Source: a virus. From it: DNA of 6,361 nucleotides. The notes under the pieces were generated by a model that was not told where the DNA came from, ran no database searches, and worked only from the letters and a program-made list of their open reading frames with translations. The position numbers and the translations under genes were made by a program. The stretch is from positions 1 to 6,361 of the IMG/VR virus record IMGVR_UViG_3300009092_000239. One strand, given 5' to 3'. Shown piece by piece: positions 4,912 through 6,361 of the stretch. Each line of letters begins with the position of its first letter. The stretch's first letter is position 1.

Positions 4912-5001
4912 TTACTTGCGTTTAGCAAAAGGAGCAGAAACTATCGTAAAAAGTATAAGAAAACAGAAAAATCCAAAACCCAATCTAATAATTAAATCCA
5001 T
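4912..5001 (-). CDS. Candidate 29-aa hydrophobic peptide (MDLIIRLGFGFFCFLILFTIVSAPFAKRK), not in the ORF track
   Basis: Manual translation. GAGG lies 8 nt upstream of the ATG at 5001. The ORF is on the same strand as the operon, between the Zot-like stop and the terminator. It has one TM-length hydrophobic stretch and a basic tail. Confidence 0.3.
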   Translation of the reverse strand: MDLIIRLGFGFFCFLILFTIVSAPFAKRK

Positions 5002-5018
5002 AAATAAGACCTCGAGTC

Positions 5019-5107
5019 AAAGTGTCTAGACTACGCCTTGAGACACGCAAAAGTATACAAAATTCAATGTTTTACGCGGTGTGTCTCAATTCCCCTGAAG
5101 ACACTTT
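5019..5107. repeat. Nested inverted repeats built on four alternating GTGTCT / AGACAC cores (candidate ori or packaging hairpins, or operators)
   Basis: The outer pair is AAAGTGTCT (5019-5027) with AGACACTTT (5099-5107), 9 bp. The inner pair is TTGAGACAC (5038-5046) with GTGTCTCAA (5081-5089), 9 bp. Alternatively two local hairpins form: 5022-5046 and 5081-5104. The second is followed by T6 on the plus strand. Confidence 0.5.
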
Positions 5108-5153
5108 TTTGCTAAATCTACGTTACATCAAATAGTCGGTTTTTGTAGTCAAA

Positions 5154-5182
5154 CAGCAAGGTTTTTAAATTAAACCTTGCTG
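5154..5182 (-). other. Perfect 11-bp inverted repeat enclosing the Zot-like stop codon
   Basis: CAGCAAGGTTT (5154-5164) pairs with AAACCTTGCTG (5172-5182) around a 7-nt loop that contains the stop (5165-5167). On the minus strand it is followed only by UUUG, so it is a weak terminator at best. Confidence 0.4.
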
Positions 5183-6361
5183 TTTTGCTGCCTGATACTT
5201 AGCGACAAATTCAGCATCAAATTGCTGAACAGCCTGTGGCGCTTGCTGTACTGGTTGTTGCATAGGTTGATTTTGTTGTTGCTGTTTTGCAAAGTAATTG
5301 AATGGTCTATCACCATCATCAATCAAACGTCTGCAATCTGAAGCAGGAACATTAAGACGTGTACCTTGCTGTGAGAATGCATAATATTTACCCTTATATT
5401 TCACGCAACCCGCAAAAACAGGTTGAGCCGTAGCAATGTACTGAGCGTTACCAGACGCGCTGTAAGGGTCATTAGGATCATAAGATACTGGATAAGCAGT
5501 TGCAGCTTGAACTTGCTGATTTAAGCGATTCTGACGCTCTGTGTTGTATTTTATGCACTGCTCAAGGTGTGAGTTCATTAAATCATTACAATCAACAGGT
5601 TTATTCTGTTCCTCTTTGGCAGCTTTAACTTGTGCATCGAGTTGCTTTTGTTGGTCAGCCATAGACATCTGTTCTTTTTTAACTTCTTCACCACCAAAAA
5701 ACTTATTAAAAAAAGGTGAATTTAATGAGTTTTTGAATGCAAAACCAAAAATAACAAGTGGCAAACATAACCAGAAAACCAATTGAAAAGGAATCTGTTT
5801 TGATGACTCATGCTCTTCAGCAGAAATATAGAATTTATATAACTGCTTAGGATATTTCCAGAACCTCCAAGTTAATGCGTTTTTCATAGTCGATAAACCG
5901 AACTGCTCTTGTAGTTCAGCAAATTGATATATGGTAGCCGCCTTAAGTTTAAATAAACGTCTTAAAATTATGTGTTCATTACATGAAGCCCTAACAGACG
6001 CATTTAATAAATATGGTTTTTGAGTAATAAAATAAATATCAATACCAAAGTGACCATGAAGGGTTAACGATCTACCGATATCTCTAATATCTTCCTTAGC
6101 TTTCTCTAAACGCATTTCCTGTTTTTTCTTTTCTTGGCGTACTAGCTCTTCTTTTTCTTTGACCTTTAAATTAGGGTCAATATTAATTTCAGCTACAGCC
6201 CTAATGTATTCCGAGTCATCAATTTCATAAGTCTTTAAAAGATCATCTTTTGAAAATGCAGGGTGTTCATGGCATTCATCATAAATAAGGACTGCACCAT
6301 TGGGTAAGTCACGCCAATCAAAAGGTTTATCCTGTGCTGAAGTAATAGCAATTACGCCTGG
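5165..6361 (-). CDS. pI/Zot-like morphogenesis ATPase, residues 43-440 (5' end cut by the window edge; the true start is at 249 in the circular molecule)
   Basis: The tracked ORF 5165..6115 extends upstream with no stop through 6361 in my manual translation (...LKTYEIDDSEYIRAVAEINIDPNLKVKEKEELVRQEKKKQEMRLEK...). It has a single TM segment (IPFQLVFWLCLPLVIFGFAF) after the cytoplasmic ATPase domain, then a periplasmic C-terminal domain. This is the typical pI/Zot topology. The gene follows the pVI-like gene, as in Ff and CTXphi. Confidence 0.88.
   Translation of the reverse strand, partial: PGVIAITSAQDKPFDWRDLPNGAVLIYDECHEHPAFSKDDLLKTYEIDDSEYIRAVAEINIDPNLKVKEKEELVRQEKKKQEMRLEKAKEDIRDIGRSLTLHGHFGIDIYFITQKPYLLNASVRASCNEHIILRRLFKLKAATIYQFAELQEQFGLSTMKNALTWRFWKYPKQLYKFYISAEEHESSKQIPFQLVFWLCLPLVIFGFAFKNSLNSPFFNKFFGGEEVKKEQMSMADQQKQLDAQVKAAKEEQNKPVDCNDLMNSHLEQCIKYNTERQNRLNQQVQAATAYPVSYDPNDPYSASGNAQYIATAQPVFAGCVKYKGKYYAFSQQGTRLNVPASDCRRLIDDGDRPFNYFAKQQQQNQPMQQPVQQAPQAVQQFDAEFVAKYQAAKQQGLI
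6239..6361. repeat. Terminal redundancy copy 2, identical to 1-123
   Basis: Same as copy 1; the offset is 6,238 bp. Confidence 0.95.

Larger units (their letters stand above)
1..6238 (-). mobile_element. Complete circular filamentous-phage (inovirus-like) genome unit, 6,238 bp; the window is a circular permutation plus a 123-bp overlap
   Basis: There is an exact 123-bp repeat at both window ends. The Zot-like ORF is continuous and in frame across the inferred junction. A full Ff/CTXphi-like gene module is present (rep, ssDNA-binding, small coats, major coat, adsorption protein, pVI-like, pI/Zot-like), with overlapping or abutting stop and start codons. Confidence 0.85.

Noticed and set aside
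5541-5786. Plus-strand 81-aa ORF
   Set aside because: It is antisense to the Zot-like gene, making it a shadow ORF.
3205-6115. In-frame internal starts producing pX-like (within rep) or pXI-like (within the Zot-like gene, e.g. Met at 6115) proteins as in Ff
   Set aside because: Internal Met codons exist, but I could not identify convincing SD sequences or placement relative to the TM segment. This cannot be supported from sequence alone.
1-6361. Search for a secretin (pIV), integrase or transposase, toxin cargo (ctxAB-like), tRNA, rRNA and CRISPR repeats
   Set aside because: No ORF of suitable size or composition remains unassigned. I saw no cloverleaf-like or regularly spaced repeat structures.

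Overview
The window is one complete, circularly permuted filamentous-phage (Inoviridae-like) replicon. Bases 1-123 recur exactly at 6239-6361, so the unit is 6,238 bp, and the pI/Zot-like gene reads in frame through that junction. All genes but one are on the minus strand, tightly packed in an Ff/CTXphi-like order. That order is: pII-like replication initiator (4443..3205), pV-like ssDNA-binding candidate (3196..2870), an untracked 33-aa hydrophobic ORF (2772..2671), a 61-aa coat-like ORF (2671..2486), a signal-peptide major coat protein (2481..2266), a possible 24-aa ORF (2246..2172), a large pIII-like adsorption protein (2155..623), a pVI-like membrane protein (621..331), and the pI/Zot-like ATPase (249..1 joined to 6238..5165). 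A possible 29-aa ORF (5001..4912) and an intrinsic terminator (about 4857..4815) follow. A 62-aa putative regulator (4541..4729) is transcribed divergently from the replication gene across a cluster of TGTGACA motifs. I see no pIV-type secretin, integrase or transposase, tRNA, rRNA or CRISPR. Four things deserve most attention. (1) Two inverted dif-like XerC/XerD sites (4792-4889) can fold, as ssDNA, into a CTXphi-style forked-hairpin attP whose apical stem doubles as the operon terminator. (2) A roughly 79% GC structured patch (about 262-350) sits between the pVI-like stop and the Zot start in an otherwise AT-rich genome. (3) The pIII-like protein has an unusual Cys-rich, Pro-linker and VKxAVxxN-repeat architecture. 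(4) Several small hydrophobic ORFs are missing from the ORF track. Functional assignments rest on gene order, size, motifs and hydrophobicity read by eye; no database search was possible.
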